Notes under the pieces: generated by a model | What the model saw: the letters and a program-made list of their open reading frames with translations, nothing else | Told to the model about the DNA's origin: nothing | Database searches by the model: none | Part shown: positions 1 through 11,037 of the stretch, one piece after another | How the letters are laid out: every line of letters starts with the position of its first letter | How positions within the stretch are numbered: the stretch's first letter is position 1 | Translations under genes and position numbers: made by a program | Origin: Octopus sinensis | Taxonomy: Eukaryota | Direction of reading: 5' to 3' | NCBI RefSeq assembly: GCF_006345805.1 | Contig: NC_042997.1 | Span: 163,866,001 to 163,930,000, forward strand | DNA: 64,000 nucleotides

Positions 1-877
1 ATTACCCCACACCTTGTTAACAAAGAAGAGGTGTTTTAACATGTTCAATGAGACTGAACGAGCACTAATTGATAATATCATTCTTTGTCAGAATAATAAA
101 CAATAATTATCTAAAACATTTTTATGTCAACAATTATTATATTCTTTAAACTAAAGGCAAATTTCAGTCTTTATTATCCCTGACATAAAACAAGAGATAA
201 CATGCAGTAAAATAGATACTACTTATATCTCTCTTTTTTTTAACAGTCATATGATATATGCAGTTGGCAATAGCTTTTATGCGACCTTCTCATGCAACTG
301 TCATATGAGCTTAACACATGAATGTTGAGAAATCAATTTGTACCTCAACGGACATCATTCTAAACCACCATTCTTTCTTTAAAAACTAACAACTTTAATA
401 ACAATGGCCAGGATAGACATAATTTGTGACACAACTGCATATACTATACACATTTTGAAGATCTAATGTGGAACCAGTTAAGTGTATTCCTATATTTTAA
501 AATCTAATTAAATTCTAATTAATTGTGGTATATTCTCCATACATATTCAACTTCATCTCATCTATATTTCCACTTTATTGGATTAATAGTAATTTACATA
601 GATATATATATTTGTTTGTTAATTTTTATATTACTTTTTCCATGCCAACATAGATTAAATGAATATGTTACTGAGGTATTGTTTTACAGTTCGATGCTCT
701 TTGAGTGGTGAATCAATACTTGTTTTCCAAGTAAGGGATCTCTTATTTCTTACATTTTCAAAAGTACAAAACCAGCGAACAACTTGATGACAGGGGAAAT
801 GCAATCATCATCACTGCATGACTGCATGTAGATCAGAAATTTGGGGAGAAACAGGAATGTAAATATATATCATATAA

Positions 878-1270
878 ACACAGACATGGCTTTGTGATAA
901 GAAACTTGCTTTCCAACCACATGGTTCTGAGTTCAATCTCACTGCATGGCATCTCGAGCAAGTGTCTTCTATTATAGCCTTGGGCTGACCAAAGTCTTGT
1001 GAGTGGATTTGGTAGACAGTAACTGAAAGAAGCCAGTTGTTCTATATGTGTGTGTATGTGTGTGTTTGTGTCTGTGTTTGTACCCCCTGTCACCACTTGA
1101 TAACTGGTGATGGGGTGTTTATGTCCCTGTAACTTAGTGGTTCAGCAAAAGACACAAATAGAATAAATACTAGGTTTAAAAAATAAGTCTTGGGGTCAAT
1201 TTGTTTGACTAACAACCTTTAAGGCAGTGTTCCAGCATGGCCACAGTCAAATGACTGAAACAAGTAAAAG
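878..1270 (+). mobile_element. tRNA-derived SINE, family 1 (near full length)
   Basis: A/B-box-like head (tggctttgtgataag...gttcaatctc), internal (TG) tract, and tail gactgaaacaagtaaaag. Other copies or fragments lie at ~15590, 25880(-), 39690(-), 40130, 40427, 42062(-), 43378, 52793 and 62154. Confidence 0.85.
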
Positions 1271-1285
1271 ATATATATATATATG

Positions 1286-1343
<58 letters not shown>

Positions 1344-1420
1344 TAAGGGTAGAAATTGATATTTATCAATTAAGACCAGTGGTCTAGCATATTAAAAAAG
1401 AATCCGAAGATTAAAATATT

Positions 1421-1584
1421 TATATATACCAATTAAGGACTGAACACGAAAAGTGGACAGTCAACATGCTAGATATAGACGTCAAATCGCCATTCACCAC
1501 AAAAGATTATGTTCTCAGATCAAACTCTATATCTAGCATGTTGACTGTCCACTTTTCGTGTTCAGTCCTTAATTGGTATATATA
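1421..1584. repeat. Perfect 59-bp inverted repeat with 46-nt loop
   Basis: 1421-1479 is the exact reverse complement of 1526-1584. Confidence 0.95.
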
Positions 1585-1635
1585 TATATATATATATATA
1601 CATACACACACACACATTTGAATTTAGATGCATAT

Positions 1636-1687
<52 letters not shown>

Positions 1688-1689
1688 CT

Positions 1690-2422
1690 ACCATCCCATT
1701 TATATTCTGATCCCGATACCTCAAGGGTATACCCTGGCATTTAGCCACTATCTGTCTCGCTTTCTCACTCTGCTCTACCATCCCATTTATATTCTGGTCC
1801 CCATACCTTGAGGATATGTCCTGGCATTTCACCACCATCTCTCTCCCACTCTCTCTTGCACCCTCACCCTCTCACTCTCTTCCAATCTCTCTCTCTTTTT
1901 CTCTCTCTTCCTATGACTGGGTAGCTATGTATCTCCTCTACAGCAACACATCTGTTTTTGACCTCATTCTTGATCTCTCTCTATCCCCACCTCTCTCTCT
2001 CTCTTGCTTCTCCCTCTGACTGGGTAACTCTGCATCTCCTCTACAGCAAGATACTTGTTTCTATCCCTTGTCACAACAGCCTCTCATCACCTGGCACAAG
2101 GCCACCTCCTCCAATGCTCCTCCTCTCAAAGGATCTCTGTCATGCAAGTTACTTGATAACCCCACCAGTGCATCCAGTTCACACCATAAAGTGGTTGGTG
2201 TTTGGAAGGGCATCCGGATATAAAAACCATGCCAAAACAGGCCTCACCAGTACTGGTGCCACGTAAAAAGCACTTGGTCCACTCTGTAAGGTGGGTTGGT
2301 GTTAGGAAGGGCATCCTGCTGTAAAAGCCCTGGTAAAACAGACAGTGAGGTCTGGTGTAGTCTCCTGCCTAGCCAGCCCTTGTCAAACCATCCAACTCAT
2401 GCCAGCATAATGATGATGATGA
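1690..2422 (+). mobile_element. RTE 3'UTR fragment (~86-bp and ctgggtaact-type repeats plus terminal module)
   Basis: Colinear with 57250-57950. Confidence 0.75.
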
Positions 2423-2450
2423 GAATATATGCATATATATATATACATAC

Positions 2451-2549
<99 letters not shown>

Positions 2550-2594
2550 GTGCTAGCGCGGAAAATGGATGTTAAACGATGATGATGATGATGA

Positions 2595-2665
<71 letters not shown>

Positions 2666-2757
2666 TTCATATGTGTGTGTATGTGTAACATGAAATATAA
2701 CATACAAGTGTATCTGTTTCCTGTGGAACATGAAAACTATAAAACCTGAGTACATAC

Positions 2758-2838
2758 CCTAAGCGGTCTTGACTGTTTGGTTCAATGCCATAGCTTATGA
2801 GAATCTGGCAGATATTTGCATGTCCTCCAAGAGCTGCC
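2758..2838 (-). CDS. INVS: Inversin exon (81 nt, phase 2-2): W-AALGGHANICQILISYGIEPNSQDRL-G
   Basis: Acceptor tttctttcccag|G and donor TTAGG|gtatgt. Completes the split TG|G Trp codon and matches inversin WAALGGNADVCQILIENKINPNVQDYAG. Confidence 0.93.
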
Positions 2839-3107
2839 CTGGGAAAGAAATTTAAGAATGTTCTTAAAGAAACAATACATTACTCTCAGAAATTCTCATT
2901 AAGCAACACTTCATTTAATAAAGCTGATCACAAATTTATATAAATAAATATGTTATCTCAAAGTCTGTGAGTACAACTGCTGGAGCCCTTTTTAATGACA
3001 CTTGTTTTACTGTTACACTGACTAACTATAAGAAGGGTATCCACCTGTAAAATCCCATATGCATACATACATATACATATATATATATGTGTGAGTATAT
3101 ATATATA

Positions 3108-3138
<31 letters not shown>

Positions 3139-3195
3139 AGTGGGTTCTTGGTTCTGATTGTTTTAGCAGCAGTAGCTGAGGAAGGAGATGGTGGT

Positions 3196-3293
3196 GAAGA
3201 AGAAGAAGAAGAAGAAGAAGAAGAAGAAGAGAAGAAGAAGAAGAAGAAGAAGAAGAAGAAGAAGAAGAAGAAGAAGAAGAAGAAGAAGAAGAA
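3196..3293 (+). repeat. (GAA)n trinucleotide tract, ~32 units with one interruption
   Basis: Read directly from the sequence. Confidence 0.95.
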
Positions 3294-3449
3294 GGAGTAG
3301 GAAGAATAAGAAAAATACAAGAGTGGTATGACAGTAGTAGGTTGTTGGTGAAGTGCTCTTAAATGGTCAAGTGACCTAAAAGTGACCTGTTGTGGTTATA
3401 GTGGTAGTAATTGGAATTGTTCTGTTCTGAATATTTGTAATATTTGTAA

Positions 3450-3667
3450 GGTGGCGAGCTGGCAGAAATGTTAGCATGCCAGGCAAAATGGTTAGCAGTA
3501 TTTTGTCTAATTTTACGTTCTGAGTTCAAATTCTGTCACGGTTGACTTTGCCTTTCATCCCTTCAGGGTCGATAAATTAAGTACCAGTTGTGTACTGGGG
3601 TTGATCTAATCGACTGGCCCCCTCCCCAAAAATTTTGGGCCTTGTGCCTAGAGTAGAAAAGAATATT
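3450..3667 (+). mobile_element. tRNA-derived SINE, family 2
   Basis: ggtggcgagctggcagaaatgttagc...gagttcaaattc...gactttgcctttcatcc...gtagaaaagaatatt. Other copies lie at ~8020(+), 10110(-), 10320(-), 13495(-), 58440(-) and 58662(-). Confidence 0.85.
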
Positions 3668-3849
3668 TGCATGGGTATTATTCTAAGGCCCTTGTAGTAG
3701 TGTCATTTGTGGTGGAGGCATTCAAAAGGGGTTTATATTTTCCTTTAAAATATGACTCTTTGCTAATGCGCTGATTATAGGTTCATTGTCCCTGAATTTG
3801 TACAAGGGAAAAATGTCAATGTGTTTGCTGAATGCTATTTTTCTGTATT

Positions 3850-4394
3850 CCCGAATTTTAATCTGGGACCATAGTTAAGTCTTCTGCATTTTTTTACTAA
3901 TGGCTTCAGTGTGGTTGCTGAGTGTACTTGGGCTTGTGTTAGGAGACTTTTCATAGATTTGGGTTGTCTTTTGCTCTTTATGATGGTGTGCGTTTGGAGG
4001 ATTAACTTCATTGTGTGGTCCCTTTTTAATCAGGAATGTTCTGGAGGATGGTGTCGAAGGTTTCATTGTTAAGGGGGTTGCGTGTGGAGATATATGATAG
4101 AGCTTTTGGTTGTAAATCCTTCTTTAGTTTGGGGTGTCTGTGTTTGTGGGTATTGAGTTATAGGGCATGTTGAAAGCCTATATCAATTAGTGATGGTGGG
4201 TAGTTCCTGGTGATGAGTGTATCCTTTAGTTCATGTAGTCGTGTGTCTCTGGTGTTTGCATTAGAAACTATAGTACAAATCCTTTTTGCCAGGTTGAAGG
4301 GGATATTCATTCTAGTGTGTCTGGGGTGGCAGGAGTTGAACGGTAGATATTGCTTGGAGTCTGTGGGATTATAGTATATATCTGTTTCTATTTT
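3850..4394 (-). mobile_element. Penelope-like retroelement fragment (RT thumb/linker region), decayed
   Basis: The C-terminal half of ORF 4158..4580 reads IETDIYYNPTDSKQYLPFNSCHPRHTRMNIPFNLAKRICTIVS...RLHELKDTLITRNYP, the characteristic PLE post-RT motif. Downstream YISTRNP resembles the PLE linker. Confidence 0.85.
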
Positions 4395-6750
4395 GGTTGG
4401 GCTATCTGTGAGTGAGCTACCCTTTTGGAAGAGGGGTCCTATTTTGCAGTGTACTGAGGCTGTTTCTTTGGCATAATGAAAGAAGGCCTTTGGGTTTGAC
4501 TTAATGTTTTTCATAACCCAGGATTCTTTGTCTGCTCTCTTCCTCACATAGGATTGTTGCAGGCTTTTTTCTATCTCCATCAGTATTATTTTTAGGTAGG
4601 ACCTTTCACTACTTTTGGAATGTTGGTTGAAGTTATTTGCAACCTTTGTCTGTCATCTCATGAGGATCTTCCTCTCCCATGGAATCTTGTTCCTTTTTGT
4701 GTTGGCCTTCTGCTCTGGGACATTTTTCTGGCATATGGTTTGCATAACACATGAAATATTCTAGTTTTATGCCAATGTTTGGTGTGGAGAGACATTTTGG
4801 CCAGTCCTGTCTGAGGATCTCTTTTTGGATCGATTCCCAGTCTGCTTTGTGGAAGTTCAGATTAGAGATATTGTAGGTGCTTCCTTTGGGCTGTATGTCT
4901 CTGGCTACTTTCGGTTCATACATAGACAGCTCTATTATGTTGTGATCCGAAATTAATGTCGGCATCACTTTCACATCATGAACAATGTCTATATTGTTTG
5001 TGAAGCAGAGATCCAATATGTTATTCCCCTTAGTTTACCTGAGTACAACTTGCTCCATGGATAAGGCATTGGAGGTTGAGCAGGGATTCCACCTGTACTT
5101 GTTTGCAATGAGTCATTCCTGAGAGCATGATGCCTTCATGCCATTTGACATTAAGGAAGTTGAAATCACCCATAAAAAATACACTCATGTGATGTTCCAG
5201 TTTTATGAGGATTTCTTTCATTCTTGTAAGGCAATCATTAAACTTGCCTATGTGGTTTGGAGCATATAGTGGGTGATATGTATTGCATATGACAATATTG
5301 TGTTGTTTTATGTTTTCAATTATAGTGTCACATACTGAATTTGAGTATGACGGTAGGACCTGGAATATGAGGTCCTCATGGATGTATACAGTAACTCCAC
5401 CATGGCTCCTTTCCCTTCTTTCTGTTCGCAGTATGGTATATTTTGGCACATGTACTTCTGCATCCTCTATATCAGGGCTCAGATGAGTTTCCATGAGTGC
5501 TATACATAGGGCTTAATTGCATGCAGCAAGGTCTCTCAGGAAAAAAAGTTTTGCTTTTGTTGTTGTGATGCAACAGGCCTCCAATATTTAGTAAAAATAT
5601 TGGCATGACAAGTGTGCAGGTGTTAGGGGAGGCCATCCCGTGTCTGTTGATTGTGGTGGTCTTGTGCAGTAGTGGGCAAGATTCCATGTTTGCAGTTGAT
5701 GTAACAAGGTCACCTGCTGCACAATCTTTTGCACCATGTACAAAAATGACTCTTGTTCAGCTGCTGCTTTGTGCACAGCATCTGAAGAGTGTACTGCATT
5801 TGTATACTTTCTCTTTGGAGACGATTGGTGCCTTTCCTCAGGGAAGTATTTCTCTTTAAGGCCCCTGCAGTTTTGGTGGAGTCTCAGGGGAACAAACCAG
5901 CAGTTTGTACCATCTTCCCCATGCCAACATTTGCCTTGCGGGTAAAATTTGCATGTCCTTGACTTCACTCCAAACCTTTTCTCTCCTCCAGAGTTTCGGA
6001 TTCTATCGGAGCCTCCATATTTGAGTTGTTTTCTGTTTTTTATTTGGTGGTTTGGGATTGTGGTTTTAGTTGTTTCGCCTTTTCCTTTTCCTTTCTCTCC
6101 CCTTTCTTCTTTATGTCTGTGCTCATGGTCTTCCCTTCCTTTACTGCTGGTAGCACTTACATTCCTCTGGTTGTCCAGTGAGGTGAGAGCTCCATTCCTT
6201 TGAAGGACCACTGGCACAGAGGGACTTCTGGTTGTTGCTTCTTCAGCTTGCCTATCCTTATCAGCCTGGTTATTCACAGGGGTGGGGGATCCATTCTTTT
6301 GTGAGACCACTGGATCAGCAGGACTTCTGGTTCTTCCCTATCCCTATCAGCCTTGCCACTGTTATTTTCCATGATGACATCAAGAGTGTCAATGTATGGT
6401 CTAATAAGGGCATAGGATTGGATGAATTCATTTTAACTCTGTTCTATCTGATCAATGGTTCTACAGAAACCATTGTTCTTCAGTACAGCAGTAATTATGT
6501 TGTTTAGAAGATTGCTCAATAGAAGTTTCTGTTCCTTGCTATTCCAATTTGGTGCCATCTTTGTTTTCTAAGCCCAAAGGTGGTGAGAGGATAAAGAGGA
6601 AGTGAAAGAGACAGACGGAGGTAGAGGGGAAGATATGAAGGAGAGAAAAGAGGTATGGAGCAATAGGGAGACATGAGGAAGAGGAAGGGGAAGTAAAAGA
6701 GAGAGGAGAGAGTGAAGAATATATGAGAGAAAGCGAAAAGAAAATATATA
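4389..6750 (-). mobile_element. CR1/L2-group LINE, 5' half: 5'UTR, ORF1 with CCCH-type motif, APE endonuclease and linker; RT missing; frameshifted
   Basis: ORF1 starts at about ATG 6558. ORF 5588..6310 has CKFYPQGKCWHGEDGTNCWF. ORF 5030..5494 has ETHL...GGV..YI...GDFN. ORF 4633..5016 has DLCFTN...SDHNII...KADW. ORF 4158..4580 has NIKSNPKAFFHYAK...GPL. Confidence 0.85.
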
Positions 6751-6770
6751 CAAATATAAATATATATATG

Positions 6771-6818
<48 letters not shown>

Positions 6819-6915
6819 AATGAGATAGGGGTTGAAAATTCAACCCACCATGGGTATCATCTGATAGTTGATGTTTTATTGATTTAAGTATGTTTCTCTA
6901 TTTTCTAATTTTGTA

Positions 6916-6970
<55 letters not shown>

Positions 6971-6974
<4 letters not shown>

Positions 6975-7168
6975 TAATCCAAACAAGAAAACACAAAAGC
7001 AAAAAAACACAACAACGCGAGGACGTGGAACAAATAAAGTATTATTAGACACTCAGGAAAGAAGGGAAGAAGGAGGGTTTAACGTTTCGAGCAGAGCTCT
7101 TCGTTGGAAACATAGGAGAAGGGAAGACAGAGGAAAAAAAAATCGCCAGTGGTACTCACGAGGTCACA
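6971..7168 (-). mobile_element. Penelope-terminus-like short element in (TA)n, family B
   Basis: TA-flanked block with an aacgtttcgagc...gctcttcg motif, whose reverse complement is the hammerhead-like core. Confidence 0.5.
7077..7111 (-). ncRNA. Minimal hammerhead-like motif with degenerate core (CCAACGA)
   Basis: The minus strand reads GUUU CCAACGA A GAGC UCU GCUC GAA ACGU U AAAC. The geometry is the same as at 39981-40020, but the core has two deviations. Confidence 0.4.
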
Positions 7169-7273
7169 TATATATATATATGGCGACATGAGAGTTTTAA
7201 AACTCTGCTACAGCATAGCAGCCACTTGAAAATACAAATAGCATATACATTAGTATATGTATTTAATAATATA

Positions 7274-7570
7274 CTAGCAGTATCGCCCGGCATTGCTTGG
7301 GTTTGTAAGGGAAATAACTATATAAGCATTTTTAGAGTTACTTCCCTTATATAATAGCAAAAAAATGCATTAAAAATGGGAAAAAATGATGGTAAATTTT
7401 TTTTTTAATCGTAGACTCATCGTAGACGCGTGCTAATACCCAGAAGGGCTCGATATGAATCACGACTATAAGATACCCGCTTTTGGTTAAACTGCACCGC
7501 AAAATGTGGGAGTAGTTAGGAATCGAAATCGTAGGAGACAGACACACAACTTCACTTTTATATATAAAGA
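7274..7570 (-). mobile_element. Non-autonomous Helitron-like element (~300 bp)
   Basis: On the minus strand it starts A|TCTTTATATATAAAAG and ends with a GC hairpin (ccc...ggg, 7286-7301) followed by CTAG|T. Confidence 0.75.
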
Positions 7571-9132
7571 TATATATATAAAAATTTTATTTGGGTTTTA
7601 ACATAAGAGTTTGCTTTATTAAGCTCGTCTATGGCTACAGGCTATCAGATACAGCTATAAAATGGAAATGGATAGTTTTCCTGATAATATATCCAAAAAT
7701 CCATAAATATTTCTAGAGTTTATATAATTATTAACAAGGAGAATGGTGCAAGCAATTCATTTTATTACACAATTTTACAGTGGTTTCATTGATATTTTAT
7801 CACAAGAGAATTGGATGTTATACATAAACCTGAGGAGTTGACATTTTTGCAGCACCAGTGTAATAATATCAATGCGATGTATTGTTGCGCATAAATAAAA
7901 ATATTGCAATACACTTCTGATAAAAGATCAATAAAACAATTGTAGGATTACATAACGAAATGAATTGCTTACTCCATACTCCATTCTCCTTGGTAATAAT
8001 TAAATATATGCGTAAGTCAGCAGGCTTACAAAATCGTTAGCAAGCCAGGCAAAATACTAAGCTAAATAACATCTGTTTCTATGTTCTGAGTTCAAATTCT
8101 GTCTAAGGTTGACTTTACCTTTCAACCTTTCAGGGTCAACAAACAGAGCACCAGTTGAGCATGGAGCCAAAGTAATTGGCTTATTGCACACCCCAAAATT
8201 ACTGACCATGTACTGGATAACCAACTTTGGTCATCAGTGACCAAAAGCATTGGCAGCATGTTGTTTTCTAGAGCCAATACATTTAATTACTTCATATAAC
8301 TGTAAATAACAATCATAACCCATGAACAACTTACAATGGTTTGCAGTGATAATATTGCGAAATGAAACAATTTTATTTGTTTGCAGTACTGTTCTTCAGC
8401 CTGTGGATTGAATAAAATGTTTGCCTCCACAAGTCAGATTTACCTAAAATATACACCTTGAAGGTAAAAACTTAATTGGTGCATTGTTGAAATTACCATC
8501 ATCGTTACAACAAATCTAGGACAATATATCAATATGAAAACAAATGAGGATTAGGGTGATAATAAGATGATTTCATTGTTTTCTTCTTGATTAAATTTTA
8601 TATAGAAATAGTTCTATTTTCATTGAGTACATTAGTGACAAATATGCTGCCCATCTATAAAATGTAGGCTGACACTAATGTTTTTTGTATTTCAATCTTC
8701 TCGCATTGATTTGTCTCACAGGAAAATCACAACAGTTCTTGTTTCATGACATAAAGTAAACCATCCCTTAAAATGCAGCCCAAACAATTCATTCAAATGT
8801 CTAAAATTTAGGAAACATTTAAATAAGTATGATAATAAAAGCACGGCAACATTGTACTTGTGCAATGACAGTTAGTTGAGAATTTTATATAGCAGATACC
8901 AGTAGGATTTACAGGTCAAGAAAAAATCCACCTCATTTCAGGGCCTTCATTTTGATGGATTTAAAGTACACTGGCACCCCACTCAATGATGTGAGATCCC
9001 ACCTATTGAATTGACTGACTAGTATTCAATCTTAAGTTCATTTGGGGATCATCACCACCATTAAAATGTATATAAAAATTTTAGAATAATATAAACAAAA
9101 AAATTTTAAATGGAAAAAATTTTAAATGATAC

Positions 9133-9340
9133 CAGTGTAATGGAGAATGGCCATCCTGGTCAAACATATCCACCCTAGCATCCCATTCTATCAAACATTG
9201 AACGACATCTGTATGACCCATCTCACAGGCACGCAGTAAAGGTGTATGTTTCATCAAATTCGTTCCATTGATGTGAGCCCCATTTTCCAAAAGAAGCTGA
9301 ACTGTAGAAGAGTGACCTGAGAGTGCTGCTGCATGAAGAG
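9133..9340 (-). CDS. INVS: Inversin exon (208 nt, phase 1-2): ALHAAALSGHSSTVQLLLENGAHINGTNLMKHTPLLRACEMGHTDVVQCLIEWDARVDMFDQDGHSPLH-W
   Basis: Acceptor tttcttccag|CT and donor CACTG|gtatca. Lies inside ORF 9081..9371. Closely matches inversin ALHAAALSGHVSTVKLLLEN...MKHTPLFRACEMGH...DQDGHSLLHW. Confidence 0.96.
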
Positions 9341-9410
9341 CTGGAAGAAAAGATGGTAAAGTTTTGTACATTTTGGTAAGGAGAGAGAAAAAAGTATAAA
9401 AATATTTCTA

Positions 9411-9637
9411 TTGACCCTTTAGCATTTAAACAGGCCATATCTGGCACAAATATTCCACCAGTTTTATGTTCAAACTGACCAGATTGAGCCTCTCACACCT
9501 ACCATACAAAGTCATTCTAAAAATAAACAATCACATCATCAAAATCTCAAAGGTGTGAGATATGGCATGATAAATTCAAAACAATATGAATACATAAGCA
9601 TACCATTTGACAGAGTAATCAAATGCTAAATAGTTAA
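9411..9637. mobile_element. piggyBac-like MITE (~225 bp)
   Basis: Ends ttgaccctttagcatt and aatgctaaatagttaa (degenerate TTAA-CCC TIR). A sister copy lies at 33386-33614. Confidence 0.7.
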
Positions 9638-10836
9638 AGGACAAAACAAAACAGAGTTGTAGATGATTAGCCTAAGGTCATCCCTAATTGAGCAAATCTA
9701 TAATCAGAGAAATTTCTAAATCTATCATCATAGATGCTCCAGCTACAATCACTCCCATCTTTTTGCCGTCTTTGATCCCAGACAACATTTTTAAGACTAC
9801 ATTATCCAATGTATTGTTAACCTTTTTTTAAAAAAATGGTAGGGTATGCTGTGAGGAAAATTTGGTTGCTGTTTCAAGTAAGCTGAACAGTCATATTGAT
9901 GCCTTCCTTGGTCAACACTTGTCTCATACAATACCATTTCCACTGTCCACAAATTGCAAAAAGTATTGACTTAAACCCTTCAAAGCCCATATTCAGTTAA
10001 AGGAAGGCCTATCTGGAAATTGTTATCACCATTGATATGACATAAGTCAATTCAAAGATGCAGTCTTTGAGTCACCACCACCCTATCATCACTGTCACCA
10101 CTACTATGAATAATAATTGTTTCTAATATAGGCACAAGGCCTGGAATTTGGCTGAGCCAGTGATGGTGGTGATGTAGTTGATTACATTGAGCTCAGAAAG
10201 GCAAAGTTGACCATCATAAGATTTGAGTTCAGAATGTAGAAAGCTGGAAGAAATGCTGCAAAGCATTTAGACTGACATGTTAATCAGTCTACCAGCTTGC
10301 TACCGTCAACCAATCAAAATAATTGTTTCTATGTTAGGCACAAGGCCAGCAATATTGAGCAAGGGGGTTAGTCATTACCAGTAACTCTAGTACTTGACTG
10401 GTAATTTGTTTTATTGAGCCAGAAAGGATGAAAAGCAAAGCTGACCTTGATGGGATTTGAACACAGAATGTAGGTAACTAAAAATAATACAAGAATTTTA
10501 TCTAACACTCCAACAATTGTCAACACAGCACCACCAAAATAACAACAACAATAAATGATTAAAGATAAAGAAAAGTGAAGTTGCTTCCTAATTGACCCAT
10601 CATGTCCATTTGATTCCAAGATCATAAAGAAAGAAGAAGAAAAACAAAAAAAAAATACAATCCCTTAAAGTTTGAAATAGGAAGAATTTGGAGCATGCGA
10701 ACAGTAAATGATGTGCCTATAATAATTGGTACATTCCTACAGTAAGTTTGTCTCTTATGGACAGCAAGGATTATCAGGATTATCAGGAGGGTTCTAAGCA
10801 CTTGAAAGACTGTTGAAAACTTGTGAATACCTAAGG

Positions 10837-11037
10837 CAGTGGTTTTCAACCAGGGTTCCGCCAGTACAGTCCAGGGATTCCGCAAGAAGTTACAAAACTG
10901 CTAAAATCGGCAGTAATTTTAAATTTTCCTGTGCAGATATGTGTGCATAAGACTATTAAATTATTGCACAGGGGTTCCCCGAGCCAGTGGAATGTTTCCT
11001 TGGGGTTCCGCTCCAGCAAAAAGTTTGAAAAGCACTG
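10837..11037. mobile_element. hAT (Charlie-like) MITE, 201 bp
   Basis: TIRs cagtggttttcaa and ttgaaaagcactg, with a perfect 8-bp TSD ACCTAAGG at 10829-10836 and 11038-11045. Confidence 0.92.

Noticed and set aside
3091-3320. Poly-E/poly-K and poly-F/poly-S ORFs
   Set aside because: They are produced by the (GAA)n tract with a one-base slip.
9081-9371. ORF-track starts and ends for the ankyrin ORFs (also 15143..15367)
   Set aside because: The ORF ends run into intron sequence. The true limits are the splice sites given in the features.
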